Of a stretch of 64,000 nt of DNA, positions 27,990 through 41,156 are shown piece after piece. The notes beneath the pieces are model-generated. The model did not search any database. It was not told where the DNA came from and saw only the letters and a program-made list of their open reading frames with translations. Source of the DNA: Octopus vulgaris (taxonomy: Eukaryota). The stretch lies in NCBI GenBank assembly GCA_951406725.2, contig OX597817.1, forward strand, positions 46,066,001 through 46,130,000. Direction: 5' to 3'. Numbering within the stretch: position 1 is the first letter of the stretch; each line of letters starts with the position of its first letter. The position numbers and the translations under genes are program-made.

Positions 27990-28055
27990 TGTATGTATGT
28001 ATGTATGTATGTATGTATGTATGTACGTATGTACGTATGTATGTATGTATGTATA
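27640..28055. repeat. (CATA)n/(TA)n/(TATG)n microsatellite blocks
   Basis: Direct reading (blocks at about 27640-27748 and 27904-28055). Confidence 0.9.
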
Positions 28056-28447
28056 TAAATATCAGCGACCAGGCAGTTGTGCTATAACATTAGACTAGTA
28101 CGCCATTACTCGTTTGCATTGAAACGAAACATCCGGAGTTACGGGTGCTTGCGCGCGTGTGTATGCGTGTGTTTCTAAATTCGTCATTTCAAACCTGATA
28201 TTCTAATCAATAATCCCAAGTATTAGTGTAAATCAAAAGATTAAAAGAGTCTTTTTGTGTGTGTTATGTGGCTTAGAATGTGCCTAAAATATGTTGCACA
28301 TCGCTATGGTTTTGCAACATCGTAGACTTGGGTTTAGTTCAACTGCGCAGCACCTTTAGTGACTGTCTGTTACGATAGCCCCTTGGTAACCATTCAGCAT
28401 TTTTGTTGACAGAAACCGTGTATGTGTGTGTATGTATTATTTTATTA

Positions 28448-28950
28448 TTTTACTTTCTCCGGTCATTTTACTGCGGCCATGCTGGGACACCGCCTTTAGT
28501 CGAACAAATCGTCCCCAGTGCTTATTCTTTGTAAGATTAGAACTTATTCTATCGGTGTGTTTCACCACACCGCTAAATTACGGGAACGGAAACACACCAT
28601 CATCGGTTACCAAAAGATGGTGGGGGATAAACACAGACACACAAATTTATACATACAGACTTCTTTCAATTTCCGTCTACCAAATCTACTCACAAGTCTT
28701 TGGTCGGCCCCAAGCTGTAGTAGAAGACAGTAGCTGTGGCTTTGTGGTAAGAAGCCTGCTTCTCAAACACAAGGTTCCGGATCCTGTTGCAATGCGCAGC
28801 ACATTGTGCAGATGTTTTCTACTCTTGCTACGGGCCGACCTGAGCCTGGTGAGTTGATTTCGTAGACGGAAACTGAGAGAAGCCCGTCGAATATATATAT
28901 CTGTGTGTATGTGTCTTTGTGTCTGCCTCCCCACCATCACTTGACAAGTT
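28448..28950. mobile_element. Two diverged SINE family A fragments in opposite orientation (about 28448-28730 minus; about 28731-28950 plus)
   Basis: GCGGCCATGCTGGGACACCGCCTTTAGTCG on one side; GTAGACGGAAACTGAGAGAAGCCCGTCG on the other. Confidence 0.75.
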
Positions 28951-30610
28951 GATATTTATAAGGAAAATGAGTCGATGTAGAAAATGCTGAAATAATTTTA
29001 TCATAAAAACATTTTAGTACCGGTTTCTGTGACTGAGACTTTTTCAACACTTCGAAAATTAAATTTTGGAAAGTTGACTTTATAGGACTTATAATATCGA
29101 ATGTCAAGGTGTACTACAGTTCTAAAAGTTCACTATGACATTCGAAGTTCTTTAGCAATGAACCTCATTGATCTACTAAGTTTTTCAAAGATCCATGTGG
29201 TATTGAACGCGTTATATAAATTCCGATGTCCTTTTAGTGTCTGAGATTGTGAATGTTTTTCTTCTGTTTGATACAAGTGAAACATTATCATCACATGCCT
29301 CCAATTCCAACCGAACTTTGTGTACAAATGATCATGCAACATTTAGAAAGTTGCTAATTTCTAAATCTCCGTGATTTACATGTATAGCAAATATGACTGC
29401 ATGTCTTTTCATTTCTTGAGTTAGCATGATATCTTGAAAGAGTTATCTGAAAAAAAAAAACAAAAGAAAGATAGACTAAGTAATTTGAAGGTGTAATGAA
29501 TTATAAACGAAATGTTCTAAAATAATCCTTGCTCTCTATATTCATTGCATTTTATTAAGTGTAGGAAATATTTCACTTTTGCCTCTCTAATTCGAAGGCC
29601 ATTAAAACTAGGCATGATTCCTCCAAGTGCATATTACCTTAGTCGATTGACCGAGAAACCAGTATCTTTACTCTTCTCTGATATTATATAGAACCATATA
29701 CATAAGGAAAAATTTCTTCATCTATGTAATCTCATTCTGTTTTTTTTTCATTTCTTCTTTTCTGCTAACACTCAACAGAGAAGGTTGATGCTCGGAGGCG
29801 TCCCTCGGACTGATGCGACGAAAGGATAAATGAAGACTTGAACCAGAAATTTTGTATCGCCTCCGGCACAACGAAAAGTACACTTGATATCTTTGCCATA
29901 ATTATGGAAAGACAAGTTTTCCTCTTCGTGTCTTTTTGAACTGTTGTATAATCTGGTTTTATATTAAATACCAATGCGTGTAGAATATAATTTCCATATG
30001 GTATTTGTCTATTTGAGACATATTCTTGTCATGTTCCTTTTTTTAACCATATGAGCCTGCTTCGAATGTCAGAAATAATTATTTCTTTTGTTTGCTATTT
30101 CTTTTCATTTTGAATACAGCAAGGCATCACCTACAGTTTGTCAATTACATCCAACTGCTTCTATCTTTCAGCGCACATCACAAATTGTTATACATCTAAA
30201 TTGGAATGTAAAAATCAAAGTTTATATTTCAGATTGAAACATGAGAAAATAACTGTACAAATTCTAGAATGTTTTCGATACTTCATTAATCATTTACAAT
30301 TTCCTAATGCACATGTAGTTCATTCTCGCATGCGTATGAAAAAAGCTCATATATACTCAAGTGAACACATAGGCACTCATTGACGAGCGGTCACATACAA
30401 ACGCATACAACAGAACGAAAGAAAAGTGTATCTGTGTATGTGTAGGAGGGGTGTTCAGTTGTGCGTGTGTGTTGCACGGGTATGTATATATGAATATATA
30501 AGTGTGGGGGCGTATATACGCCCACACTAGTGCATACGTTTACTTGTCTAGTTAAGGATCTCTATTAAATATACATGCACGTGTGTGCCTACGGATATAG
30601 ATAATATGTT

Positions 30611-30652
<42 letters not shown>

Positions 30653-30929
30653 CGCATATATACATATGGCGTTGTTTGTGAGTCAGTGTGTAATTATCGT
30701 TCTCTTGTCAAGGTTTCTTATAAGCTAATATATATATTTATACACATACATATATATATATATATGTATATATATGTGTGTGTGTGTGTGTGTTTGTGTG
30801 TGTATATTCATATATACACATATGTACGACACACCCGAATTTTTTCTGATGTTAGTACGATACAATATGCGAATGAAATGCATATATTCTTTTACACTGA
30901 ACGTATGTATTCACATATTTTTTCACACA

Positions 30930-30963
30930 AACACTCACACAGACACAGACAGACACACACACG

Positions 30964-31025
<62 letters not shown>
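30930..31025. repeat. (CA)n microsatellite
   Basis: Direct reading. Confidence 0.95.
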
Positions 31026-31028
<3 letters not shown>

Positions 31029-32567
31029 CCATGTAGAGTGACTTGGATGTAGTTTGTTAGTAACAGTGCAATCAGTCGACAACTCCGCATACCGGACGTA
31101 ATTAGGTTTCGGAGGTCATCAAGAGCGAACACACATTATTTGAAGGTCTTCTACCCAACGGCTTTACAATCTGCCCCTTTTCTCTCAGATATGAGGCTCT
31201 CATCTGCTGTTTGAATTACTAGTATTCAATATCATGTCCATTTCTGAATTATCACCTCTCCTACCGGGTTTCATTACTCATTTCCAACCATATACATTGG
31301 CTGGCCCTTTTAAATGTCACCTGAATCTCCTTCAAGAAGGGATTTGCTTGCCAATTGATAGCGATCACCAATTGGACACCAATTGATAGCGATCACCGTC
31401 TCAGTCTGGCCCTAAATACACCCCAACGTCGAACTTCCAACTTCTACACGAAAGCGTACGGTACTCCAACCAGCATCCATATATACTTCCAGTCGCTTCT
31501 CATAGCCCTTGTGTTTCCAAATTTTTGATGCATCTAAACTGTCTTCGTGTGGAACAGGTTATTCAACGATCCGTATTACTGTACGTTCCTCACACCATAT
31601 TGTCATATCCGGTTTCTTTCTTGGTATGGAAAAGAGACGTTCACACCGTACAAGATCTGTTACTACTTCCCATAATCTGTCCCAGTTCTTGTAATTCAAT
31701 TTACATCTTTCTTGAGTACCCATCTTGGCCGTGACTTTACATGGAACACAATTACCTGTGAGAAGAAAGCATAACAAAATTCATGGGGATATATATACTT
31801 CATATGTTGGACCAGAAAAAAGATATTTCCTCTAAAAAGATATATTTACATAAAACGATATATAGAGCATTTGTTAACAAATTCGAAACCTATGTTTCCA
31901 TTAAAAGTAAAAGGAAACATAATATGCAAAAATAATGTTCTCAACTCCCTCTGGTTCGAAAACAATAATTCATGGATCTTTATCTGTAATTGTCCTGCAA
32001 ATACAGTGACGTAGCCGAATGGGTGTGTGTTTCTGGTTATATGATATTAAGAATGGTGTAGTTGACTGTGAGAATAATATATGTGCTCCATGAATTACAA
32101 GATATAATTTTTAATTTCATATATCATATACATAATACTAAACTTATGGAATATTCTTTCCTGTGGTCCTGGATTGTAATCAGATTAACTTATTGCTTTC
32201 CATTTCAGAGGAAAGACTGTGGAAATGTGGTTGAATGACAAGTACTGAAGGGCCTTTGATGCGCAAGACCGACAGGTTCTAATAGAAGATGAAGTGAAAA
32301 CGAGAGAAATTCAGTGTAAAACAGGGTAGAAAAATAACCTTCAACAGTGAAAGAAGAGAAACAGAAAATAAGAAAGATGCAGAAGAAAGAAAGGGACGTC
32401 ACTCAATGGCCTCAGTAGACAGCTACCAGGATGGCTCAGTAAAATTATAAGATATGCGTGAACTGTACAGATTTGCGTATACACACATACTCTCAAACTT
32501 ACATTGACACATACACGCACGCACAAAGCACACACATGAACATTATATATATATATATATATATATA

Positions 32568-32978
32568 CTCTTTTACTCTTTTACTTGTTTCAGTCATTTG
32601 ACTACGGCCATGCTGGAGTACCGCCTTTAGTCCAGCAAATCGACACCAGAACTTATACTTTGGCAGCCCAGTACTTATTCTATCTGTCTCTTTTGCCGAA
32701 CCGCTAAGTTACACACCACCATCTGTTGTCAAGCGATGTTGGGGGACAAACACAGATACACAAAGATACAAACACAAACACGCACTTACACACTCATATA
32801 TTTATATACATATATACGACGGGCTTCATTCAGTTTCCGTCTACCAAATCTACTCACAAGTCTTTGGTCGGCCCGAGGCTATAGTAGAAGTTACATGCCC
32901 ACGGTGCCACGTGGTGGAAATGAACCCGGAATCATGTGGTTGGTAAGAAAGCTATTTACTACACAGCCACGCCTGCCG

Positions 32979-32980
<2 letters not shown>
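32568..32980 (-). mobile_element. SINE family A, full length, inserted in (TA)n
   Basis: Starts with (CTCTTTTA)n tail and ends with the reverse complement of the tRNA head (ACACAGCCAC.CCTG). Confidence 0.88.
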
Positions 32981-33018
<38 letters not shown>

Positions 33019-33491
33019 GCACATGTATATATACACATATATTTCTGTATAAACCTATAATCAAATATTCAGTCTAGCTGTTTAGAAAAGTGTTATATGT
33101 GAAAATTAGTCTTTCCGTGGACTCACGAAGACATGCAGTTGTTGATGATTTTATCAAGTATGGAAATACACGAACAATCTTTGCTTCTTTCTCTGTACAC
33201 ATATTTTGTAGCCGGAATATTTACAATGTTTGTATTACAGAATTGGCAGCAAAACCTATAAATATTTTCTTCATAACATGGCAATGAAACGAAACACTGT
33301 TGGATCACATGTACATTATGTTTGAAACTCTCAAGTTAATTTCAAAAATATTAACTGATCTTATTTCCAATCTTTCAAGTGGAACCTCTATAAAATCAGA
33401 TAACATGATGAAAATACCAACCGAATAGCCACCAAAGTACACCTTATGATCTCAAAAATACGTAACATTCGATCGTAAATTTAAATATATA

Positions 33492-33882
33492 CTAGCAGTG
33501 TCACCCGGCGTTGCCCGGGCTTGTTTTGACCCTTTGGAATTGGAATTTTTGAAAAGTAAAACTTTTACTTTATGTAGCTTGTTATTCTCTTTAAGTGAAC
33601 ATTTTTCTGGTTGAAATACACCGATAAATGGTGACACAGCAGTCAAAAAAATCGTAAAAAAATAGGGATTTTCATAGCGAGAAAGCACCTTTTTGATGTA
33701 AATAATTTTTGTTAACATGGTCCCATTTGAATTTTATCTCCTAAGGAATGTAGAGGAAGCCTTCTTCTATCATACTTTCAATTTTGGTCAACTTGCGCTG
33801 CAGGGTCTCGGAGGGGATAATGTTAGTTGAAGGCTACCAAACCTGCCATACACAGACAACTTCAGCTTTATATATAGAGAGA
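33492..33882 (-). mobile_element. Non-autonomous Helitron
   Basis: On the minus strand: host A | 5'-TCTCTCTATATATAAAG ... CCCGGGCAACGCCGGG hairpin ... CTAG-3' | host T. These are the canonical TC/CTAG ends, subterminal hairpin and A^T target. Confidence 0.85.
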
Positions 33883-34699
33883 TATGATAGTTCTCGAAAA
33901 AACAACAAAAATAATATTTACTCAGTGTCATAGAAAAAAAAGTTCTCTATGGAAAGAGTGAAATATTCCTACGGCGTTGACCAAAACTTTGTTTCTAGAA
34001 GGCTAGAAATTTTGGTGCCGCAATTTCTTTTTATCTGCTGCGTTAACAATGACATGTGTTCTTCTTCCTGTATCTAAAAAATATTTTTCTTTCCCGTATA
34101 TTTTTTTTATTAGCTTTCAATGCAGCCATTTTTAGAGCAGCAACAATGCCAGATGGATCAATATTATTAAATTCACATATGTTTACCTCGACTGCATTGC
34201 AATATATAACATCACATATATTCCGATTTAGTGTGATACAACCAACACATATTATTACATTATATTTTTCTGCAAGCCACAATGATTTGCTGAGACAAGC
34301 TCTATGAATATATGATTTAATTTTCATGTTCTGTATTCAATAATTAATATTGCAGAATTGCAGTCGTAATCTTAGCTCACTGCTTTCCCGTTAGCATAGC
34401 AGACGTAAGGTGATACAATATTCGCATATTGCAATATCAAACAAACTCTCGATTAGTAAACCAGCCAAGATTCAGTTTTGCTTTATTTGGCTGATACGTT
34501 ATACATCACACACATTCATAATCGTGTATTCACATATACAAACACCAACCCATAACCATACACACAGACAGGCATTTATATACATAGACGGTGGAAAGAT
34601 TTGGGTGTTGGTTTCACGAGCGTAAAGTTGCGCGTTCGATTTTCTCGTCTTCCTCGGTGTGAACTTAAGCATTTTATTGCATGTTGCTCCCATATGTTC

Positions 34700-34934
34700 G
34701 GCTATTTCTTTACTACCCACAAGGGGCTAAACACAGAGGGAACAAACAAGGACAGACAAACGGATTAAGTTGATTATATCAACCTTAGTGAGTAACTGGT
34801 ACTTAATTTATCGACTGCGAAAAGGTGAAAGGCCATGTAGATCTCGGCGGGATTTGAAGTTAGAACGTAACGGCAAACGAAATACGGCTAAGCATTTCGC
34901 CCGGCGTGCTAACGTTTCTGCCAGCTCGCCGCCT
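34700..34934 (-). mobile_element. SINE family B
   Basis: Ends GCCCGGCGTGCTAACGTTTCTGCCAGCTCGCCGCC. Confidence 0.88.
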
Positions 34935-35254
34935 GTCGACTAAGAAGGGATACCAGAAGCCTCTGGGGGTTATATTTGTATCAGAATGGTTGCGAACGAA
35001 GAGTCTTACTTTAGGAAATATTTCTCGTGGATTGATGGAAGGTATTGCAGTAACTGATCACGAGAACTAGATGTATTTCGTGAGATGGGGTACTTGCAGG
35101 TTGTGCGTTGAATGCAGGAATGACTTACCATCCAGATGGTACCTTTCAGGATTTGCAAGCGTGAAAGGAATTCAGACTGCTGATATAGAGAGGCGAGTAT
35201 ATTTAGACATACACCCCACCAACACCGCCACAATTTGTTGAAGATTATAAGACA

Positions 35255-35845
35255 GCGAGCTGGCAGAAACGTTAGCACGCCGGGCGAAATACTCAGCAGT
35301 ATTTCGTCTGTCGATACGTTCTGAGTTCAAATTCCGCCGAGGGCGACTTTGCCTTTCATCCTTTCGGGGTCGATAAATTAAGTACCAGTTACGCACTGGG
35401 TCGATGTAAACGATTTAATCCGTTTGTCTCTCCTTGTTTGTCCCCTCTGTGTTTAGCCCCTTGTGGGTAGTAATGAAATAAATATTTCGCGCCTTTATCT
35501 TCAGAGTTCAAATTCCGCCGAGATTGACTTTGCATTTCATCCTTTCGGGATCGATAAATTAAGTGCCAGTTACGCACTGGGGTCGATGTAATCGACTTAA
35601 TCCCTTTGTCTATCCTTGTTTGTCCCCTCTATGTTTAACCCCTGTGGTAATAAAGAAATAAGAAACGTTAGCACGCCGGGCGAAATGCTTAGCGGCATTT
35701 CGTGTCTTTACGTTCTGAATTCAAATTCCGCCGAGGTTGACTTTGCCTTTCATCCCTTCGGGGTCGATAAATTAAATACCACTTGCGTACTGGGGTCGAT
35801 CTAATTGACTGACCCCCCTCCCCTTGCGCCGAGAATAGAAAAGAT
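35255..35845 (+). mobile_element. SINE family B trimer
   Basis: Head at 35255; the GA(G/A)TTCAAATTCCGCCGAG core occurs at about 35323, 35504 and 35717. Confidence 0.88.
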
Positions 35846-37139
35846 TTGTTGAAGAGTATTTACTTAGAATGTCGTGCTGCAACGTAACTTCATGGGAAAC
35901 AATTGATCAACTCGGGGTCGATGATTTAGCTTATCAGTTACATGCTTGGTGGCGAAATTCTCGCTAGGAATTCAAATCACTAAACCATTTGTGCTTCCAT
36001 GCAGTTATGGAAGCAATGTCTAATAGATTATCCAACAATGGACTAAAATATAAATTAGAGAACCAAGTTAAATTCTATTCAGTAGTCTTGTCGCTTATTT
36101 TACATTCTGCGTTCAATTCTCGACTAGTCAAATATCTGATTTTTTATTTTGACTAGTCAAATATCAATTTTCCTTTTATCACTCCGTGTCTGATAAATGC
36201 ATTACCCGTAACTAGGTCGACTTAGCCGAATAAACCAATATGCTGAAATGGTGGTATTGTATTTCTATTTAAGTTTAACTCACGCAAATATAATAGTACA
36301 AGTGATCACAAGAAGAAATAGATTCGTAAAAGAATTTACTAGGCTCTTTCATCTTTTCAACAAAAACATTCCATTTGACTTGCTCGACTTAATGCTATTG
36401 GGAATGGCATATTTATTATAATGTCTTATTTCGTATGTTTTTCCTTTGCTATATGCAGGCGCCTTTGTGACTAGTTAATCGAATCTCGTATTCATGCACA
36501 ACATAAACGTACTCACGAAATTTTCCTAATCGGAGAGGAAGGTTAAATATATGTTCAACCGTGCAATGAATGATTGATTGATTGAGCTGTCAATAAAAAT
36601 ATTCAATTTTAATGGTGAACAAGAAATAATAAACCGTCTGAGTCTCCTTTTTGTTCGATAGAAAAATTATTGGATCGATTTAAAAGCAAGATTGATATTA
36701 TTGAGTTATTGGAAAGGAAACTATGGTACACAAAATTGATTGTCACGAATCTCATACAAAAATTATCACTGGCTTTTCGAGAGATTTCGTTGAGAGCTTT
36801 CAGAGATGATTTATCATAATTAAGACTGGATTTTTTAAATATTTATATTTAACGTATTTTATATAATAATATTCATATTTAAAATTTATTTTTTATTTTG
36901 TGGCTGTTTTTTGTTTTAAATTTAAAATGTTCATTTAGAATTTTTAGATTATATTGAATATATTTTAAAGAGTAAATATGAAATATAATGATGAGACTGA
37001 TGATGATGTTACCGCTACGGAAACAAATGATGTTTCTGATAATGATAATGGTGGTAGAAATAATGGTATTGGTGGTGGTTATATTTGTAGGGGCATTCAG
37101 GATCAATAATAATAATAATATTAATAATAATAAAATAAC

Positions 37140-37897
37140 TGCCATCCTAGTAGTTGTAGCGGCGGTCGGAGCGCTAACAATCGAGCTTGAGAAATAAATC
37201 GGTAAAACTGGAATTGACATGAAGGTAGAAGTTGCTCAAAAAATGGGCTCTGTTGGGGACAGAGAGTATTTTGAGATCGTTATAGGTATTAAGTGTCTTC
37301 CACGATACTTAACATCTAAGTATCAAGTCTTATAATTCGTGGAAAGGGATCCTGAGAGACTCTGTGTGATCTTTGACAACAGGATGTTTTCTGCTCTCAC
37401 GGAACTAACCGAGCAAGTAACATCGAGAGCTCTGAGACCTAAAATTGAATAATGATAATACGAAGAAGAGGGGATTGAGGAATTTGCTGAGACAGCAATG
37501 TAAGACAAGAAAAGAATAAAACCAGAACGAGGAAGAAGCATCTGGGTGAAAAGACTTACACTGTCAGCATATCATACAAACTCAGGACGACGCAGCAGAG
37601 GAATTTTGTTCATGGCTGAAGATTATAGATCTTAAGAAAGAAACAGAAGGACTCGTAATGGCTGTTCAAAGCCAATAATTGCGGATAAGTATCATTAAGG
37701 CTGAAATAGACAAAAACCGGGGGAAATTACAAAGAGTAGAGTATGTAATGAGAAAGAGGAATCCATTATGCACACAAGTTCCTGTAGTCCTTTGGCGCAG
37801 AAAGAGAATAAACGCAGACACCACTGTATTTCTAAGTCACTATATTGGGACATAATACGGCAATGAGGATTTGAAGTAAGAAGAAAATGGAACGAAC

Positions 37898-37900
<3 letters not shown>
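37140..37900 (+). pseudogene. Decayed R4/Dong-clade LINE fragments (C-terminal tail and zinc-knuckle region)
   Basis: KETEGLVMAVQSQ (37637-37675) and KSRVCNEKEESIMHTSSCSPLAQKENKRRHHCISKSLYWDI (37732-37854) match ETEG..AIQDQ and CR.C...ET..HI.S.C..LA...Y..RH of R4/Dong. VVVAAVGAL and QK../LLGT..ILR occur at about 37150-37280. Confidence 0.75.
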
Positions 37901-37928
<28 letters not shown>

Positions 37929-37929
37929 G

Positions 37930-38490
37930 GTGCGCATGAATGTTTTATATTCAGATGCAATACATGGCACTGGCTCTCATGGATACTGATCTTAACTGAT
38001 TGGAAGTGTTATCCGTAGATGTTTCGTCTTGGTGTAAAATATGGAGTATAGCAAATATTCTGCTCAATACCACAGATTAAGCTGTCAGTTGCTTGATCTT
38101 AATCTATTAAGCAAGTCCATTAGTGGCTGACTATATGTATATCTCTCATCAGGAGCAAGAATAATGGAAGAGCATTATAGTCATGAGTTGAGAGGGATCC
38201 TTTGGGGCTTGAATAATTCACCTCTGAAAATATAGATAGTTAGTTCATCCTCCTGCAACAATCCTTATTCAGGGATGGGCTACTAGACCTGAAAAAAATT
38301 CTAAATGGGACCCATCTGCAAGGTCATGCACTGTTGATGTTGATATGAGATCACCATGTCACGCACATATATTTGCGATGCATATGCCTGGTGTACTCTT
38401 ATCAGACGGGTAATCACGATGGGTATATTGGGCTTCGAATTTCTGTACCCCAGTGTCATTTTTCAAGGTATGTGCTGCTTTCTCATTGAA
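37930..38490. mobile_element. TAA-associated interspersed repeat (same family as 5695-6022, opposite orientation)
   Basis: Shares GAGATCACCATGTC, GCCTGGTGTAC.CTTATCAGACGGGTA and ACCCCAGTGTCA with the reverse complement of 5695-6022; bounded by (TTA)n and (TAA)n. Confidence 0.7.
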
Positions 38491-38529
38491 TAATAATAAT
38501 GATAATAATAATAGTAATAATAATAACAA

Positions 38530-39282
38530 TAACAAGAGCACTCAGAGAGCGCACACCTCCACCGAGACAACACCAAGGTCCTCTCAAAAATTATCCAGAA
38601 ATAAGGCGGTGAGCTAGCGGAAACGCTAGCACGCCGGGTGAAATGCTGAGCAGTATTTCGTCTGCCGCTACATTCTGAGTTCAAATTCCGCCGAGGTCAA
38701 ATTTGCCTTTCATCCTTTCAGGGTCGATTAAATAAGTACCACAGGGGTCGATATAATCGACTTAATCCGTTTGTCTGTCCTTGTTTGTCCTTTCTTAGCC
38801 CCTTGTGGGTAGTAAAGAAATAGGTATTTCATCTATCTTTACGTTCTGAGTTAAAATTCCGCCGAGGTCAAATTTGCACTTCATCATTTCGGGGTCCATA
38901 AATTGAGTTCCAGTTGCGTACTGGGGTCGACCTAATCGACTGCCCGCCACACCACCCTCAAAATTTCGGGCCTCGTTCCTAGAGTAGAAACAAATAATTA
39001 TCTCGAGATAAATATTAAAATGAGAACATCTGAAATAAACTCGACTTCTCTCACAAACGAGAATACTAAAAATGAACCCCTCCGTCCTCATAAATTATGT
39101 GAAGAAAACAGCGTAAAAATATTCCAGAATCCTTTCCGGTACCTGATCGATCCCAATGGTAGTTACGGAATGTGAAAGTGGGGGTAGAACATTTAGAACA
39201 ATAATAAATAGTTTATCTGTATTCAGTTCAAGCCACAGTAAAAATTCACTATTCGAAAGAGTTTCAAAGGCGGAGGTAATAA
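38530..39282 (+). mobile_element. Possible Helentron-associated non-autonomous element, interrupted by a SINE
   Basis: Starts AACAAGAGCACTCAGAGAGCGCACACCTCCACC and ends AAGGCGGAGGTAAT (subterminal CCTCC.CC/GGCGGAGG inverted match). A related fragment lies at about 39680-39805. Confidence 0.4.
38605..38988 (+). mobile_element. SINE family B dimer
   Basis: GGCGGTGAGCTAGCGGAAACGCTAGCACGCCGGG head; core repeated at about 38675 and 38845. Confidence 0.88.
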
Positions 39283-39423
39283 TAATAAGTTCTACTCAGG
39301 AATTTTTATATGAATAGTATGAGGTCTTTAGGCGTTCTCTTCCCCTAAATTCTGGCCTTCCTATTAAATTGATGTATAGATGTATGTATATATGTAAGTA
39401 TACTGTAAAGCGCTAATATGTAT

Positions 39424-39455
<32 letters not shown>

Positions 39456-39834
39456 GGTATGTTAGCCTTATTCAATTTCTGAACGGTTTTGCTACTGTTT
39501 GTTTATGTAGTTTGATTTCTTTATCCATCAGTTTCTACTATGAGAGAGACGGGAGTAAAATTAATAATAGAGAAACGAAAATAAAACATTTGAAACAACC
39601 TAAAGTGAGAATATTGAGAAAGATTTGAACATCAATGTGAGATCATAATCATGTAAATTAAAGAACATATAACAAATAATACAGAATCCTTCTCTGGTAA
39701 TTGATCGATTCCAGTACCGAATCCATCCAGCGGTTCTTGAGATATCTTGCCCACGAACAAACAAAAAAACACGACTGAAACAATACCTCCACCTTAGCGA
39801 AGGCCCTACTTAGCCGAAAGAGATATTCTTTTAT

Positions 39835-40214
39835 TTTGAACTCCAGGCACAAGGCCCGAAAGTTTTGGAGAAGGGGCCGGTTGATTAGATCTACGCAACT
39901 GGTACTTAAGTTATCAACCTCGAAAGGATAAAATGCAAAGTCGACCTCGGCGTATTTGAAATCAGAACGTAACGGCAGACGAAATACTTATTTCTTTATT
40001 GCCCACAAGGGGCTAAACATAGAGGGAACAAGCAAGGACAAAGAGATTAAGTCGATTACATCGACCCCAGTGCGTAACTGGTATTTAATTTATCGACCCC
40101 GAAAGGATGCAAGGCAAAGTCAACCTCGGCGGAATTTGAACTCAGAACGTAGCGGCAGAGGAAATACTGCTAAGCATTTCGCTAGGCGCGCTAACGATCC
40201 TGCCAGCTCGCCGC
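39835..40214 (-). mobile_element. SINE family B dimer
   Basis: Ends TGCCAGCTCGCCGC; core repeated at about 39940 and 40120. Confidence 0.88.
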
Positions 40215-40769
40215 TCTACTTTACTAATAATGGACACAATAAGGGTATCCATAATAGTGATAATAAAGGTTATAGATGTGATAATGGTGATGGGTATATA
40301 ATTGTAATGGTGTTGGTGTTGGATAAGAGCGAAAAACAGTGTTACTTTCAGAGTGAGATGTAATTTAAGTTTTGCCTGCAGTATAACAATATTGGGTCCT
40401 AGATCTTGCTGTATTTCATAAATATACCTTGCATTAATAATGCATTAATATTACAGGAAATATAATATTAGCAATAGCAACAATATCAACACTAATATTA
40501 ATAACCGGAGCGTGAACATACCATACATGGTACACTAGAAACTTCTAATATATAAATTAGATGTATTTACACAGTACCCTGTTAAATCTTACTGCACACC
40601 AATTACACAATTTTTGTACTATACCACCAATCCTATGTCGCCTCTAAAAACGTTCATGGTGAAGCAATGGTGGTCGCCAGTATGGGGAATAATGTCTTCA
40701 TGAACAAAACTGTTATATTGCCTTCCAATATCCCTATTTTGACTGTCAAAACCATAGTTTCTGTCTCTT

Positions 40770-41156
40770 TTTTACTCTTTTACTTATTTCAGTCATTTGA
40801 CTATGGCCATGCTGGAGCACCGCCTTTAGTCGAGCAAATCGACCCCAAGGACCTATTCTTTGGAAGCCTACTACTTATTCTGTCGGTCTCTTTTGCCGAA
40901 CCACTAGGTTACGGGGACGTAAACACACCGCCATCGGTTGTCAAGCGATGTTGGGGGGACAAACAAACACATAAGCACACCCACGCATACATATATACGA
41001 CGAGCTTCTTTCAGTTTCCGTCTACCAAATCCACTCACAAGACTTTGGTCGGCCTGAGGCTATAGTAGAAGACACTAGCCCAAGGTGCCACGCAGTGGGA
41101 ATGAACCCGGAACCGTGTGGTTGGTAAGCAAGCTACTTACCACACAGCCACTCCTA
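40770..41156 (-). mobile_element. SINE family A, full length
   Basis: Reverse complement of 42248-42648. Confidence 0.9.

Noticed and set aside
29100-31800. Possible decayed TE coding sequence
   Set aside because: No diagnostic motifs recognised; cannot be supported without a translated search.
32209-32430. Possible exon after TTTCCATTTCAG acceptor
   Set aside because: All three frames stop within about 15 codons and there is no clear donor.
36879-37220. 113-aa minus-strand ORF rich in I/T/L
   Set aside because: Low-complexity (GAT/GGT/AAT)n sequence, and antisense to an R4-like fragment.
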